This document shows, piece after piece, positions 47,361 through 57,859 of a stretch of 64,000 nucleotides of DNA; the stretch's first letter is position 1, and the number at the start of each line of letters is the position of its first letter. The notes beneath the pieces were generated by a model. The model was not told where the DNA came from. It saw only the letters and a program-made list of their open reading frames with translations, and did no database searches. The stretch covers positions 9,034 through 73,033 of the forward strand of contig JAFTCL010000007.1 in the NCBI GenBank assembly GCA_017454745.1, in the 5' to 3' direction. This DNA comes from Kiritimatiellia bacterium (GTDB lineage Bacteria; Verrucomicrobiota; Kiritimatiellia; RFP12; UBA1067). Position numbers and translations under genes: made by a program.

Positions 47361-48725
47361 TTAACCCAAATATGCGCCTTGATTTTTCAATTCCTTACGG
47401 ATGTCGGCAACCGCCAGATTGCGTGGCGCGCAACCGTTCCGGGCGGCCAGTGCCGCCGCCACGCCGGCCGCATGTCCGGTGACAAAACACGGCCCGATAA
47501 GGCGCAACCGGTCGATCAAATCCGGGGCGCAGGACACGCAACGCCCCGCCACCAGCAGATTGTCAACCTTCTCCGGAACCAGACAGCCGTAGGGGATGCC
47601 GAACCCTTGTTTGAAACCCGAACGGTCGTCGCCGGAATATCCGATCGCGTCATCCACGCGCAATCCGGTCTTGGCGTCATTCTTGGAAATGGATTTCACT
47701 CCCTTGAGCAGTCTTGACGCCCGCACCCCCAGTTGCGAACAGGTGGAGGATACGTATATTTTCTCAAAGCCGGGGGTTTTCTTCTGGCGTTGAACCAGTT
47801 CCCAAGCGCCTTTGCGGTGTTCCATTTCCGCCTTTGAAAGCTGACGTACATCCAAACCGTTGCCCCGGTTGCCTAAACAATTCCGCCAGCACATGGATTT
47901 GATCGGCTGGTTGCCTCGGGCGTAAATCTTTTTCGCCGCTTCCGGATCTTTATCCCGGTCAACTCGGTCAACGTTCGCTACCTGATAAACAAAGCCCAGC
48001 GCATGGGTGATCTGCTGGTATCCGCCGCCAGCCAGAAAGTTTAGGTCGCCATCGCCGGTACAGTCCACCACCTGTTTGGCGAGGATCGCCTGCCGTCCCT
48101 GCTTACTCTCGAAAACCACCCCTTTCAACGCATCGCCGGTCTGGATCACGTCCACCCCCCAAGAGTGGAAAAACATTTCCACCCCCGCCTCGCGCACCAT
48201 CTCGTCCATCAGATATTTTGACGCCTCGGGATCGGCGGTGGGTTGACCGTAACGTTCGGGCGTAAACTTGGTGATTGCGTCCGGCCCCAACATTTGCAAT
48301 CGATCCATAAACTCTTTGCACAGCCCGGCGGTGTAAAGCGTCTGTCCGCCGTTTTCATTCACCACCGTGGCGAGAATGATCAGCACCATGCCGTTGGTGA
48401 AAAGGCCGCCAAGACTGCCATAACGCTCGACCAAAGCCACCTTGGCCCCGGTTCGCGCCGCTGCAACGGCGGCGGCGAATCCGGCCGGACCGCCTCCCAC
48501 CACAACCACATCGGTGGTATGGAACACCGGAAGTTCGCGTTCCGGCTGAATAACCCGCCCGTCGCGAATCGTGGCCGACGGCACATCGGTCATGGTCGCG
48601 TCGAGTTTGTTAAGGTTTCGCGCAAAATTGGCGTAATCAGGATCGCCGTCGGTGTCAGCCATCGCCGGGAAAACCAATCCGGCGGCCATACCGCCCAAAA
48701 TTTTCCGTCTGGAAATGCCACTCAT
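47361..48725 (-). CDS. FAD-dependent oxidoreductase with twin-arginine signal
   Basis: Tat motif SRRKILGGMAAGLVFPAMA. FAD-binding VVVVGGGPAGFAAAVAAARTGAKVALVE. Family commonly associated with CAZyme clusters. Confidence 0.7.
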   Translation of the reverse strand: MSGISRRKILGGMAAGLVFPAMADTDGDPDYANFARNLNKLDATMTDVPSATIRDGRVIQPERELPVFHTTDVVVVGGGPAGFAAAVAAARTGAKVALVERYGSLGGLFTNGMVLIILATVVNENGGQTLYTAGLCKEFMDRLQMLGPDAITKFTPERYGQPTADPEASKYLMDEMVREAGVEMFFHSWGVDVIQTGDALKGVVFESKQGRQAILAKQVVDCTGDGDLNFLAGGGYQQITHALGFVYQVANVDRVDRDKDPEAAKKIYARGNQPIKSMCWRNCLGNRGNGLDVRQLSKAEMEHRKGAWELVQRQKKTPGFEKIYVSSTCSQLGVRASRLLKGVKSISKNDAKTGLRVDDAIGYSGDDRSGFKQGFGIPYGCLVPEKVDNLLVAGRCVSCAPDLIDRLRLIGPCFVTGHAAGVAAALAARNGCAPRNLAVADIRKELKNQGAYLG

Positions 48726-48739
48726 GTCGCCTCCTTCTT

Positions 48740-51238
48740 TTACTCCATAACCGGTTCCACCATTTTGCCGTCGCGTTGCGCATCGGCATCATGGTCGTGG
48801 CCGATAAACTGGGCATTGGAATCCATCCACAACACCAAACGCGCCCAATCGTTGGTGTCCAGTTCCACACCGTGGTGGCCGGCTTTCAACATCTTGTAAA
48901 GCGGTGACCCTAGCGCCCCGGTAGTACCCGGCAAAGAGTACGAAGGCTCTTGAAACGCCTCGCCGCCGCCGGGATATTTGTGGGTCACCTGATATTCGCG
49001 GGTAAAAAAGTGCACATGGTTCCGCAACTGCTGGTAGGAAGTGGTCAAACCGAGATGATTCTTGCGCCAGTCTCCGGCTCGCAAATCAGGCATTTTTTCC
49101 TTGCGTTTTTCGCCATGGCAAGTGACGCATTTGGCATCCAAAACCGGCTGTACCAACCGCGGGAAGGAGAAGGGTTTAGACCCTTCCGCTGCGGGAGTTA
49201 TTTTACTCGGGGAACGGCGCATGGCCAACGGCACCGCGGCTGATGGTTTGAACGGGCTGTGCCGTGGCTCGTGGCAACCGTTGCACATCAGCCGTTCGCC
49301 GGGTTTGAGATAGGTGTCGCTGCGCATATTCTGCACACAGCGCCCTTCGTCATCCAACGCCTGGAAATACATCGGCACATCCACCGGCGCCTCGAAGTAG
49401 GCGCTGCCATCCGACTCCACCGGCACGGTACCCAGACATTGCCGCGCCACCTGCAAATACTCCGCGCCCAACCGCGGTTCCCCATTGATGGGCGACACCT
49501 TGGGCAACACCTGCCACACCCGCAGCGCGGCGATATGCGTTCCTTCCGGGAATGGCTCTTTGGCGTTATACACGTTTATCAGCCCTACCGTCGCGGTGGT
49601 CGGCAATTGATCGTCCGGCAACGGTTCAGGACGCTTTCCGTCCGCTCCCGCCGGACGGCCGCGCAAGCTCTGTTCCGTCAACTGCGGCGGAACCGGACGC
49701 GGGCCGAGCGGAATCGGATCGAGACAAGAAATGGTGGGATGGGTGTAAAGCCTAGTCTTGTTTCCGAACACGTCCAACAGTACGATTGAATAACGCCGTA
49801 CCGAGGGCACACTATAGCGGCCATTTGCCCGGCCGTCATAAACGCACAGAAAATACTTCTCGCTGATCGGCCACGCCGTGGCGTAGGCCCCGCTCGACCG
49901 GCCGTGGCCGGCCTCGGTCTCGGCAAACGGCTGTTCCGGCGTGATGCGTCGAATGCAACTCATCTCGCCGTCATCGACGACCGCGGGGTCGATTAGAATC
50001 AGCGACCCGCAAGCCCATCCATGGTGCGGCGCGGCGGTGGCGACGTATTTCTCGCTGCCGGGAATGGCCCGCACATTCATCTCCATCAGCGGGCCGCTGC
50101 CCCATCGCATGCGCGTGTTGCCGTTCACTTCGCGGGGATCCCGCCCGTCGGGCGTGGTGGTCCATGCGTGATGCGCCTGACTGTGCCCGCGGTCCACATA
50201 GTCCCACCGGGTATAAACAATCATGCCGGCGTTGTTAACGCTCGGGTGCCATTCGTTGGTCTCGTGCGGCGACAGCCGGACGATATCCGTGCCGTCAGGG
50301 AACATCGAGTGCAGAGTGAAAGTCGGCACCGGCCGACCGTGGCACCGGCCGAACCCGCCGCGACGCTCGGATATGAACGCCACCCTACCATTTGGCAACC
50401 AACAGGGGTCGAATTCGTTGAACGGTCCGGAGGTCAGTTGCGCCAACCCGGAACCGTCGGCGTTACACCGGAAAATGTGGTAAACGGTATCGTCGTTCCA
50501 TTGGCGGATATCCGGCTTTCCGCGGGTATATGCGAAAAGGATCTGGCTTCCGTCGTAAGCGACATCCGGAGACAAATATCCGCCGCGACCCAAACTTTTG
50601 CCCTGCCAATCGCCGGAACCTATTGTCTGACCTTCCAATAGGTTTTTCGCCACCGGATGCTCGGAAAAGGGTTTTTCCAGAACATAAAGGCCATCCCCGA
50701 AACTGGCACCACGCAACGTGGCGTGGAAACCGAAATACTGGTCACACATGTGCGAACCGCCGTTAAACTCGTCGAACGGTTTTGGCTCATGCCCGACGAA
50801 CACCAATCTACTGATCGGTTTCAGCAAGGGGTTGGACAACGACAACCTGCGGTTGACCGCCATCAGACGCGAGAAAAACGGGAAGCGCATCTCAGCCCAC
50901 TGATTGAACGCCACCTGCGACACCTCGTTAGTTATGGCCTCCATCTCGGCGTAGGCATAGGCGGCATCCACCCCCATCGCCGACAAATCATCCGCCAACG
51001 CCTTGGTGCGGCGCAGCATCACATCCAACGGATCGCGGTCCGACGGCAGAACCGTCGCAGCCGGATTCACCGCCTGTTCACTGGTCCCTTTAGGCAAGTT
51101 CTTCCACTGCCCGATGTCGCGGGACAGCAAATCCCACGCATCTCGCACGTCTGGAGCAAACCCGCCGGCGTCGGGAAATTCCGCCGCCCCGCAAAACATC
51201 GCTGCCGATAACAAAAATACAATGCAATAACGTTTCAT
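48740..51238 (-). CDS. Secreted hypothetical protein with TolB-like beta-propeller repeats and two CxxCH motifs
   Basis: Signal peptide MKRYCIVFLLSAAMFCGAA. PD40/TolB-like repeats (DGSQILFAYTRG, LPNGRVAFISERRG). CNGCHEP and CVTCHGE heme-binding-type motifs. Confidence 0.5.
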   Translation of the reverse strand: MKRYCIVFLLSAAMFCGAAEFPDAGGFAPDVRDAWDLLSRDIGQWKNLPKGTSEQAVNPAATVLPSDRDPLDVMLRRTKALADDLSAMGVDAAYAYAEMEAITNEVSQVAFNQWAEMRFPFFSRLMAVNRRLSLSNPLLKPISRLVFVGHEPKPFDEFNGGSHMCDQYFGFHATLRGASFGDGLYVLEKPFSEHPVAKNLLEGQTIGSGDWQGKSLGRGGYLSPDVAYDGSQILFAYTRGKPDIRQWNDDTVYHIFRCNADGSGLAQLTSGPFNEFDPCWLPNGRVAFISERRGGFGRCHGRPVPTFTLHSMFPDGTDIVRLSPHETNEWHPSVNNAGMIVYTRWDYVDRGHSQAHHAWTTTPDGRDPREVNGNTRMRWGSGPLMEMNVRAIPGSEKYVATAAPHHGWACGSLILIDPAVVDDGEMSCIRRITPEQPFAETEAGHGRSSGAYATAWPISEKYFLCVYDGRANGRYSVPSVRRYSIVLLDVFGNKTRLYTHPTISCLDPIPLGPRPVPPQLTEQSLRGRPAGADGKRPEPLPDDQLPTTATVGLINVYNAKEPFPEGTHIAALRVWQVLPKVSPINGEPRLGAEYLQVARQCLGTVPVESDGSAYFEAPVDVPMYFQALDDEGRCVQNMRSDTYLKPGERLMCNGCHEPRHSPFKPSAAVPLAMRRSPSKITPAAEGSKPFSFPRLVQPVLDAKCVTCHGEKRKEKMPDLRAGDWRKNHLGLTTSYQQLRNHVHFFTREYQVTHKYPGGGEAFQEPSYSLPGTTGALGSPLYKMLKAGHHGVELDTNDWARLVLWMDSNAQFIGHDHDADAQRDGKMVEPVME

Positions 51239-51310
51239 AAAGAAAAAAGATAAGAACATTAAAAACAAAACGATTATATCATTATGCGGAAACAGTGGCA
51301 ATATGAAAAA

Positions 51311-51724
51311 TTATTTTCGCGATGACGATTTTATATGTTTGCGAACCAGAAACTCGCCCAAGAACATCGCGCCGATCAATAGATAGGCAAAAAAGCCGTT
51401 GTACCACGCCCAAACGGAAAGCGGTGCCCACAAGGTCGCCACTGTGACTGCCAGATGGCATCCGAGAAAAATCACCCACGCCACAGTCGCACGGCGGCAA
51501 TATTCTACTCCGGCGGGATCCAACTCTTCACCCATCCGCCGGGCAAACACCTCAATCAGCGGGGTACGCCAGAGCGAAAACAGGAAAAACGAAAAAACGG
51601 CCGCCGTCACCGCCACCGGGTACAGACGGCTCCAAATATTGCCGCGCAGACAGTAAATCCCCCACACCACCGCCGCTCCGGACACCGCCCGGATGACGGT
51701 CGCCCAAGGCTTACTCCGGCGCAT
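51311..51724 (-). CDS. Hypothetical membrane protein
   Basis: 137 aa with 4 TM helices. Immediately downstream of the two ACP genes. Confidence 0.45.
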   Translation of the reverse strand: MRRSKPWATVIRAVSGAAVVWGIYCLRGNIWSRLYPVAVTAAVFSFFLFSLWRTPLIEVFARRMGEELDPAGVEYCRRATVAWVIFLGCHLAVTVATLWAPLSVWAWYNGFFAYLLIGAMFLGEFLVRKHIKSSSRK

Positions 51725-51965
51725 TTACCAATCTTTCAACAACCTTCACCACATCGTCAAGAGTGCGGATCTGTTTGAAATCGTCCGCGTTAACTTTGCG
51801 TTTGATAATCTTCTGCAGCCGGACAATTAAATCAACCGCGTCAATGCTGTCCAGATCCAGATCCTCAAACAGTTTTACTTCCGGCTTGATCTGCTCTGGC
51901 TTGATTTCGAAATCAGACACCAGTATTTCTGAAATCGTCTTGTAAATCTCATCGTAACTGTGCAT
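51711..51965 (-). CDS. Acyl carrier protein
   Basis: Phosphopantetheine attachment site DLDSIDAVDL. 84 aa. Confidence 0.8.
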   Translation of the reverse strand: MHSYDEIYKTISEILVSDFEIKPEQIKPEVKLFEDLDLDSIDAVDLIVRLQKIIKRKVNADDFKQIRTLDDVVKVVERLVNAPE

Positions 51966-51971
51966 GCGAAA

Positions 51972-52265
51972 CTACTCCAAAGTTATGCCGGCGTTTTGGG
52001 CGATAAACTCCGCCAATGTTCCAACCGTGCGGAAGAACTCACGGTTCTCCTCGGCCCGGGACTTGAATTTGACCTGATATTTCTTGCGCAATGCCGCGCC
52101 GATCTCCAAAGCGTCAATGCTGTCGAGCCCCACCCCGTCGCCAAACAACGGGATGTCGGACCCCAAATCCGCCTCGGTCAAACCTTCGACGTCAACCGAC
52201 GCCAAAATCAGCTGACGGATTTCCGCTTCTAATGCCGCCCGACTCATTACCATCGCATTCTCCAA
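51972..52265 (-). CDS. Acyl carrier protein (second, divergent paralog)
   Basis: Attachment-site motif GLDSIDALEI. 97 aa. Confidence 0.75.
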   Translation of the reverse strand: MENAMVMSRAALEAEIRQLILASVDVEGLTEADLGSDIPLFGDGVGLDSIDALEIGAALRKKYQVKFKSRAEENREFFRTVGTLAEFIAQNAGITLE

Positions 52266-52267
52266 GG

Positions 52268-53389
52268 TTAAACATTGAACAGGAAGTGCATTACATCGCC
52301 ATCCTGCACCAGATAATCTTTACCCTCCACCCGCATCACTCCGGCCGCTTTAGCGCCCTGTTCGCCGTGGTGGGCGATATAATCGTCATACGAAATCACT
52401 TCGGCACGGATAAAACCGCGCTCGAAATCGGTATGGATCACGCCGGCGCATTTCGGCGCGGTCCAGCCGCGACGGAAGGTCCACGCCTTGACCTCTTTCG
52501 GCCCGGCCGTGAAATAGCTTGCCAAACCCAGAGTGTGGTACGCCAAACGGATGGTACGGGTCAGTCCCGACTCACGCAACCCGTATGACTCCAAGAATTC
52601 CGCAGACTCGGCATCGGACAGCCCGGCCAAATCGGCCTCGATTTTGGCCGAGACCACCACCATGTCGCACCCCTGACGCTCCACAAAACTTTTCAGCGCC
52701 TGAACATGCGGGTTACTCTCCCCGGTAACATCGTCCTCGCCCACGTTGGCGCAGTAGATTACCGGCTTGTCAGTCAGAAAATTCAACTCGCGCAGCACTT
52801 CAAGAATCGGATCCCCCTCGCTGCGCGGGAAGGTGCGTACCGGATTTCCAGCCTCCAGATGGAGTTTAAGGCCCTCGCAAGCCTCAGCCTCGGGACGCAG
52901 CTTCGGATTGGCCCGCGCCTCGCGAGCCAGCTTGTCCATGCGTTTGCACAGCTGCTCGTAATCCGCCAGCACCAGCTCGGTCTCAATGATCTCGGCATCC
53001 GACACCGGATCCACCGGCGCGGGTTTGTTTCCGCCTTCCTGAACATGGATTATATCGTTGTCCTCAAAGCATCGCACCACGTGCAGAATAGCGTCGGATT
53101 CACGAATGTTGGCCAGAAACTTGTTGCCCAGCCCCTCGCCTTTGGACGCGCCCTTCACCAGTCCGGCTATATCGGTGAAGTTCACCGTCGCCTTGACAAT
53201 CTGCTGCGGCGACACAATCTCCGCCAACCGGTCGAGGCGGGCATCCTCCACTTCGACAATCGCAGTGTTAGGTTCGATAGTGCAGAAAGGGTAATTCTCG
53301 GCCGCCGCCTGCTCACGTTTGGTAAGGGCGTTAAACAGGGTCGATTTACCGACATTCGGCAACCCTACAATTCCGACGCTTAATGACAT
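52268..53389 (-). CDS. ychF: Ribosome-binding ATPase YchF
   Basis: [19 protein letters not shown]1 motif. TGS-domain C-terminus. Trimmed to the MSLSVGIVG start. Confidence 0.9.
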   Translation of the reverse strand: MSLSVGIVGLPNVGKSTLFNALTKREQAAAENYPFCTIEPNTAIVEVEDARLDRLAEIVSPQQIVKATVNFTDIAGLVKGASKGEGLGNKFLANIRESDAILHVVRCFEDNDIIHVQEGGNKPAPVDPVSDAEIIETELVLADYEQLCKRMDKLAREARANPKLRPEAEACEGLKLHLEAGNPVRTFPRSEGDPILEVLRELNFLTDKPVIYCANVGEDDVTGESNPHVQALKSFVERQGCDMVVVSAKIEADLAGLSDAESAEFLESYGLRESGLTRTIRLAYHTLGLASYFTAGPKEVKAWTFRRGWTAPKCAGVIHTDFERGFIRAEVISYDDYIAHHGEQGAKAAGVMRVEGKDYLVQDGDVMHFLFNV

Positions 53390-53541
53390 GGCTTTCCTTC
53401 CTTGAAAAAAAACTGTGTGATGATACCATTTCCGTGTTGGCAAGACAATCAAAATCCGCACATCGTACCATGCTGATTGTGATTGCAAAAATTCCGAATT
53501 TTTGGTTAAATAACATGGATTTCGGTGACGGAAGCGTTTTT

Positions 53542-55242
53542 ATGATCGCAATGAAAAAGTTTGATTGGTTTCGGGTTATCGCCTTTGCAGTGTTTTTCGC
53601 GGTGGCGATATGGAATTTTATGCCCATGTTTTCCTTCACTGCGATAATGTTCCAATCACCGATTGAGGATATGCGGCACGGCTTTGTGATTCCGCTCTTC
53701 TCCGCCTACCTGTTGTTCAAAATGTCCCGCGATCTGCGCCGCGTTTCCGCCGCGCCGTCCATCGCCGGCGCGGTTTGGGTGCTGTGCCTGCTGGTTTTGG
53801 CGTGGTTCGGCGGACGCGGGGGGCAATCCCGCATGGAACAGGTCGCATTTATCGGAATGTGCTGCGCCGTTCCTTACGCCTTCTGGGGGAAGAGTGTCGC
53901 CCGGCTTTTGGTTTTTCCGGTGGCGTACCTCTGTTTCACCATCCCGGTTTCCTCTTTCATCGATTTCTTCACCATCCACCTGCGAATTTTCTCATCCACC
54001 ACCGCCACCGCGCTGCTGAACGGGTTCGGTCTGCTGGTGGAGCGTTCCGGCACCGCGCTTTTCTCCAGGGTCCCGGGATCGGAATTCAACGTCGATGTGG
54101 CCGACCCCTGCAGCGGCATCCGTTCGCTCTTCGCGATGATGGCGCTTGCCGCCGCGTACGGCTACTGCACCCAGAAAACCCTGTTCCGCAAATGGGTGGT
54201 TTTCCTTTGCTCCATCCCCATCGCGGTAATCGGCAACACGCTCCGCATCATGTCCATCTGTCTGGTTGCGTATTGGTTCGGGCAGGATATCGCCACCGGG
54301 TATTACCACGATTATTCAGGATACATAGTGTTTCTGGCCGGACTGGGTCTGCTGCTAACCGTCGGCACGGCGTTGGACGACCGGGCTTGGGTGAAACGTT
54401 TGGAGGCGAAATTGCCGGGATTCCTTCGCGAGAATTCAGCGACGGAAAACATTCCCACCCCGCAAGATGCGGATAAACGACCTACCGCACTAGGATGGAT
54501 TATTGTCACATCTTTGACCGTCATCGCGCTGACCGTTTTTTGCGTCAACCGCAATATGCCGCCCCCGGAATTCGACAGCTCCAGTTTCGTCGCCGAAACC
54601 CTGCCGGAGCAAATCGGCGAATTCAACGGCGAGATTCCTTACTTCTGCCACAACCCGCAATGCCTTAACGTGGCGACCGACGCCGACCTGATCCGTTCCG
54701 GTCAAAGCCCCGGGCATTTCACCTGCCCTATCTGCAAAGGCGAAATGAAAACCATCTCGCTTGGCGAATTCACCGACTTGCCGGAAGACACCGTAATTCG
54801 CAAACGTGAATACCGCTCGCTCGACGGGATGCACTATTCCGTCAGCGTGGTAATCGGGGGTCGCCGCCGCAACAGCATTCATCGCGCCGAGCTGTGTCTG
54901 CCCGCGCAGGGGTTCTCCATGCAGAACGCCGGCAAATTCCAGCTGAAAATCGGAAAAGACGGTGCCAAGGTTACAGTCCGCCGGATCCAGGCGAAACGTT
55001 CGGGCGGAAAGATGATCAACCTGATTTACTGGTTTGAAAGTCCCGACCACTGCTGTTGTTCACACACCGTGCGCATCCTGAACGATGTGTTGGACCGTTC
55101 CATAAACAACCGTATCAACCGTTGGGTAATGATTTCAATAAGCTTTAATGGTAATCTGGATTCTGATGAGGCGGTATGCCGGCTGGAACAGTTCTTATCC
55201 GAGTTCTATGGGAAGGTGATCGTCAAGCGCCCGGAGAAGTAA
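53542..55242 (+). CDS. Exosortase (XrtA-like) fused to a C-terminal EpsI-like domain
   Basis: Eight TM helices. Active-site Cys motif DPCSGIRS and conserved Arg (GNTLRI). About 250-aa C-terminal periplasmic extension after the last TM. An alternative start is at 53515. Confidence 0.75.
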   Translation: MIAMKKFDWFRVIAFAVFFAVAIWNFMPMFSFTAIMFQSPIEDMRHGFVIPLFSAYLLFKMSRDLRRVSAAPSIAGAVWVLCLLVLAWFGGRGGQSRMEQVAFIGMCCAVPYAFWGKSVARLLVFPVAYLCFTIPVSSFIDFFTIHLRIFSSTTATALLNGFGLLVERSGTALFSRVPGSEFNVDVADPCSGIRSLFAMMALAAAYGYCTQKTLFRKWVVFLCSIPIAVIGNTLRIMSICLVAYWFGQDIATGYYHDYSGYIVFLAGLGLLLTVGTALDDRAWVKRLEAKLPGFLRENSATENIPTPQDADKRPTALGWIIVTSLTVIALTVFCVNRNMPPPEFDSSSFVAETLPEQIGEFNGEIPYFCHNPQCLNVATDADLIRSGQSPGHFTCPICKGEMKTISLGEFTDLPEDTVIRKREYRSLDGMHYSVSVVIGGRRRNSIHRAELCLPAQGFSMQNAGKFQLKIGKDGAKVTVRRIQAKRSGGKMINLIYWFESPDHCCCSHTVRILNDVLDRSINNRINRWVMISISFNGNLDSDEAVCRLEQFLSEFYGKVIVKRPEK

Positions 55243-55245
55243 ATT

Positions 55246-57171
55246 ATGTTAGCTTCATTGTCACATTTCTTAAACAGTTGGAGCGGGTTCGCGAACAAAT
55301 TCTACGAGGGCAGTACCCGATACGTAGGCTATGCCGTCGCGGCACTGCTGATATCGCTGTTGCTTACCCCGGTCTTCCGCGAATTGGCCAGAAAAATCGG
55401 CATGGTTGACAAACCCGATCCCCGGCGCATCAACAAGGTACCCATCCCCCGCGGCGGCGGACTATCTATCGTGCTGTCGGTCAACATCGTGCTGTGGTTG
55501 AGCGTGTTGGTTAACGACTGCCGGGCGGTATCCTCCGCGATTGACAACCATCTGCTCGTTATCTTCACCGCCTGTTCCGCGTTGCTGGCGGTGGTCGGGT
55601 TTATCGATGACAAGCGCGGCTTGCCCGCCCCGATCAAACTGGGCGGCCAACTGGCGGTGGCGCTGGTGTTCTTCTACAACGGCATCCGTTGGGGCAACAT
55701 TATCGACGGCATCCCGAAATGGCTTGATTGCGGGTTCACGGTTTTCTGGATCGTTGGGGCCATCAACGCTTTCAATCTCATCGACGGGCTGGACGGACTG
55801 GCTTCCGGTTTGGCTCTGATCGCCTCGCTGGGGCTAACAATATCGCTGATCTCCCGGAACATGATCAGCGAAACCATACCGTTTTTGGCGCTGGGGGGTG
55901 CCTGTCTCGGATTCCTGCGTTACAACTTCAACCCCGCTTCCGTTTTTCTGGGCGACACCGGAAGTATGTTTTTGGGGATGACCATCTCCACCCTGCCGCT
56001 GTTGACCGGTTCCAGTCAAGAACTGGCGGTCTCGATCGGAATGCCGCTGCTGGTGATGGGCGTACCGATTTTCGATACCTTCCTCGCCATCTGGCGGCGT
56101 TCGGCCCGTGCGCTGCTGCCCAACGCGCATCGCGGAGACATTCCAAACCAAGGCGGCGGCGCGGTGATGCAACCGGACAAAGACCATCTCCACCACCGGC
56201 TGTTGCGGCTGCTCTCCAACAACCAGCGTAAAGCCGCGCTCGTCCTGTACTCCATCAGCCTGCTTTTTGTGTCGCTCGGTTTGGGGATGTCCTTCCTCAA
56301 AGGACGCGCCACCGGACTGTTTATGATCGCGTTTATCGCTTTGGGCAGCGTGGTGGTGCGATACTTCAACTGCGTCGAGATTTGGGACACCGGACAGCTG
56401 ATGCGTCCGAAAAAACGTCTGCTGCGCAAATCGCTGGCAATGCCGATCAGTATCACTATCGACACGGCGATCCTGTTGGCATGCTGGATGTTCACCTTCT
56501 TTTTCGTTTACAACAGCATCCCGACCCGCCAACTGTTGCTCAAGACCATGCCATTTATGGTGGTGCCGGTACTGGTCGCGATGGTAATCGGGCGCATCCA
56601 CGAACGTGTGTGGTCGCGCAGCCGTCTATTGGATTTCATCATCCTCGGCATGACGGTGTTCGCCGGATGTACAGTTGGCACCGGGATTATCTGGCTGATG
56701 CATAACCACCGGGCCTCGCTAATCCGTTTTGTCACGCTTTTCGCCACCACCAGCTACCTGTTGCTGTCTGCCGTGCGATGCTGGCGGGAATTTGTTTCCG
56801 GCCTTGTAAACATTCTTGAACCTGCGGTGTTCAGGGATAAGAAAACTGGCGCGAAACGCATTCTGGTACTGGGCGGCGGTCTTACCCTGCGCAGTTTCAT
56901 CCGGGAAAAAATCGACCGCGAGACCCGTCACCATCGGCTGGTGGTGGGAATTGTGGACGACAACCCGCTGCTTCGCGGACGCATAGTGTCAGGCTACGAA
57001 GTGCTGGGCGACAGCAACGATCTAGAGGATTTGGTTAAGGAACACCACATCGACGCGCTGGTGATAACCTGCGACATAAAACCGGAGGAGAGGTTCCGGG
57101 AGATTGTCGACCGCATGAAAGTGCTTGACCTGCCGGTTTCGGTGTGGATTACCGAAGAGCAGAAACTGTAA
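55246..57171 (+). CDS. Glycosyltransferase family 4 (WecA/MraY-like polyprenyl-phosphate sugar-1-phosphate transferase) with C-terminal Rossmann/CoA-binding-like domain
   Basis: NAFNLIDGLDGLASG and DTGSMFLG motifs. C-terminal RILVLGGGLTLRSFI...IDALVI resembles the cytoplasmic domain of polysaccharide-initiating transferases. Confidence 0.75.
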   Translation: MLASLSHFLNSWSGFANKFYEGSTRYVGYAVAALLISLLLTPVFRELARKIGMVDKPDPRRINKVPIPRGGGLSIVLSVNIVLWLSVLVNDCRAVSSAIDNHLLVIFTACSALLAVVGFIDDKRGLPAPIKLGGQLAVALVFFYNGIRWGNIIDGIPKWLDCGFTVFWIVGAINAFNLIDGLDGLASGLALIASLGLTISLISRNMISETIPFLALGGACLGFLRYNFNPASVFLGDTGSMFLGMTISTLPLLTGSSQELAVSIGMPLLVMGVPIFDTFLAIWRRSARALLPNAHRGDIPNQGGGAVMQPDKDHLHHRLLRLLSNNQRKAALVLYSISLLFVSLGLGMSFLKGRATGLFMIAFIALGSVVVRYFNCVEIWDTGQLMRPKKRLLRKSLAMPISITIDTAILLACWMFTFFFVYNSIPTRQLLLKTMPFMVVPVLVAMVIGRIHERVWSRSRLLDFIILGMTVFAGCTVGTGIIWLMHNHRASLIRFVTLFATTSYLLLSAVRCWREFVSGLVNILEPAVFRDKKTGAKRILVLGGGLTLRSFIREKIDRETRHHRLVVGIVDDNPLLRGRIVSGYEVLGDSNDLEDLVKEHHIDALVITCDIKPEERFREIVDRMKVLDLPVSVWITEEQKL

Positions 57172-57202
57172 TGCCGATATCGATTTGAGGTTAATCCTAA
57201 AA

Positions 57203-57859
57203 ATGACTATTCAAGGCAGATTCATCGCGTTTGAGGGCCCGGAGGGTTGCGGTAAGTCCACTCACCTGCCGTTGCTGGCCGACTTTTTGCGTTCCAAGGG
57301 CTTTGAGGTGGTAACCACCCGCGAACCCGGCGGAACCCAGCTGGCGGAGCAAGTTCGCGAAATTTTGCAGTCAACCCGTCAAGAGGCACCGGTGCCAGCC
57401 GCCGAAGTGCTGCTGTTTCTGGCCAGCCGGGCGCAACACATAGCCAAAGTCATCCGCCCCGCCCTGGAGCGCGGGGCGTGGGTGCTTACCGACCGTTTTG
57501 AGGATTCCACTTTTGCATACCAAGGAGCAGGACGCGGTTTCCCGTCCGAACAGCTGCGCCTATTAAACCGTTTCGCGACCGAAGGCATCACGCCCGACCT
57601 GGTATTGGTGCTGGACATTGACCGCGTCTGTGGGCGGAGCCGCCTTGCCGAACGGCAGAACGCTACCGCGACCGAGTCCGATCGTTTTGAATCTGAAACA
57701 GAACAATTCCACGAGCGGTTGCGTCAATGTTTCCTCTCACTGGCTTCAGCCGATTCTTCCCGGTATGCGGTGATTGACACCGCACCACCCACCGACGAAG
57801 TGCAGTGTTCCATTCGCCGCGAAGTTGAACAAAGGTTGCTGAAGGACCTCACGACATGA
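57203..57859 (+). CDS. tmk: Thymidylate kinase
   Basis: FIAFEGPEGCGKST P-loop and DRF motif. Confidence 0.9.
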   Translation: MTIQGRFIAFEGPEGCGKSTHLPLLADFLRSKGFEVVTTREPGGTQLAEQVREILQSTRQEAPVPAAEVLLFLASRAQHIAKVIRPALERGAWVLTDRFEDSTFAYQGAGRGFPSEQLRLLNRFATEGITPDLVLVLDIDRVCGRSRLAERQNATATESDRFESETEQFHERLRQCFLSLASADSSRYAVIDTAPPTDEVQCSIRREVEQRLLKDLTT

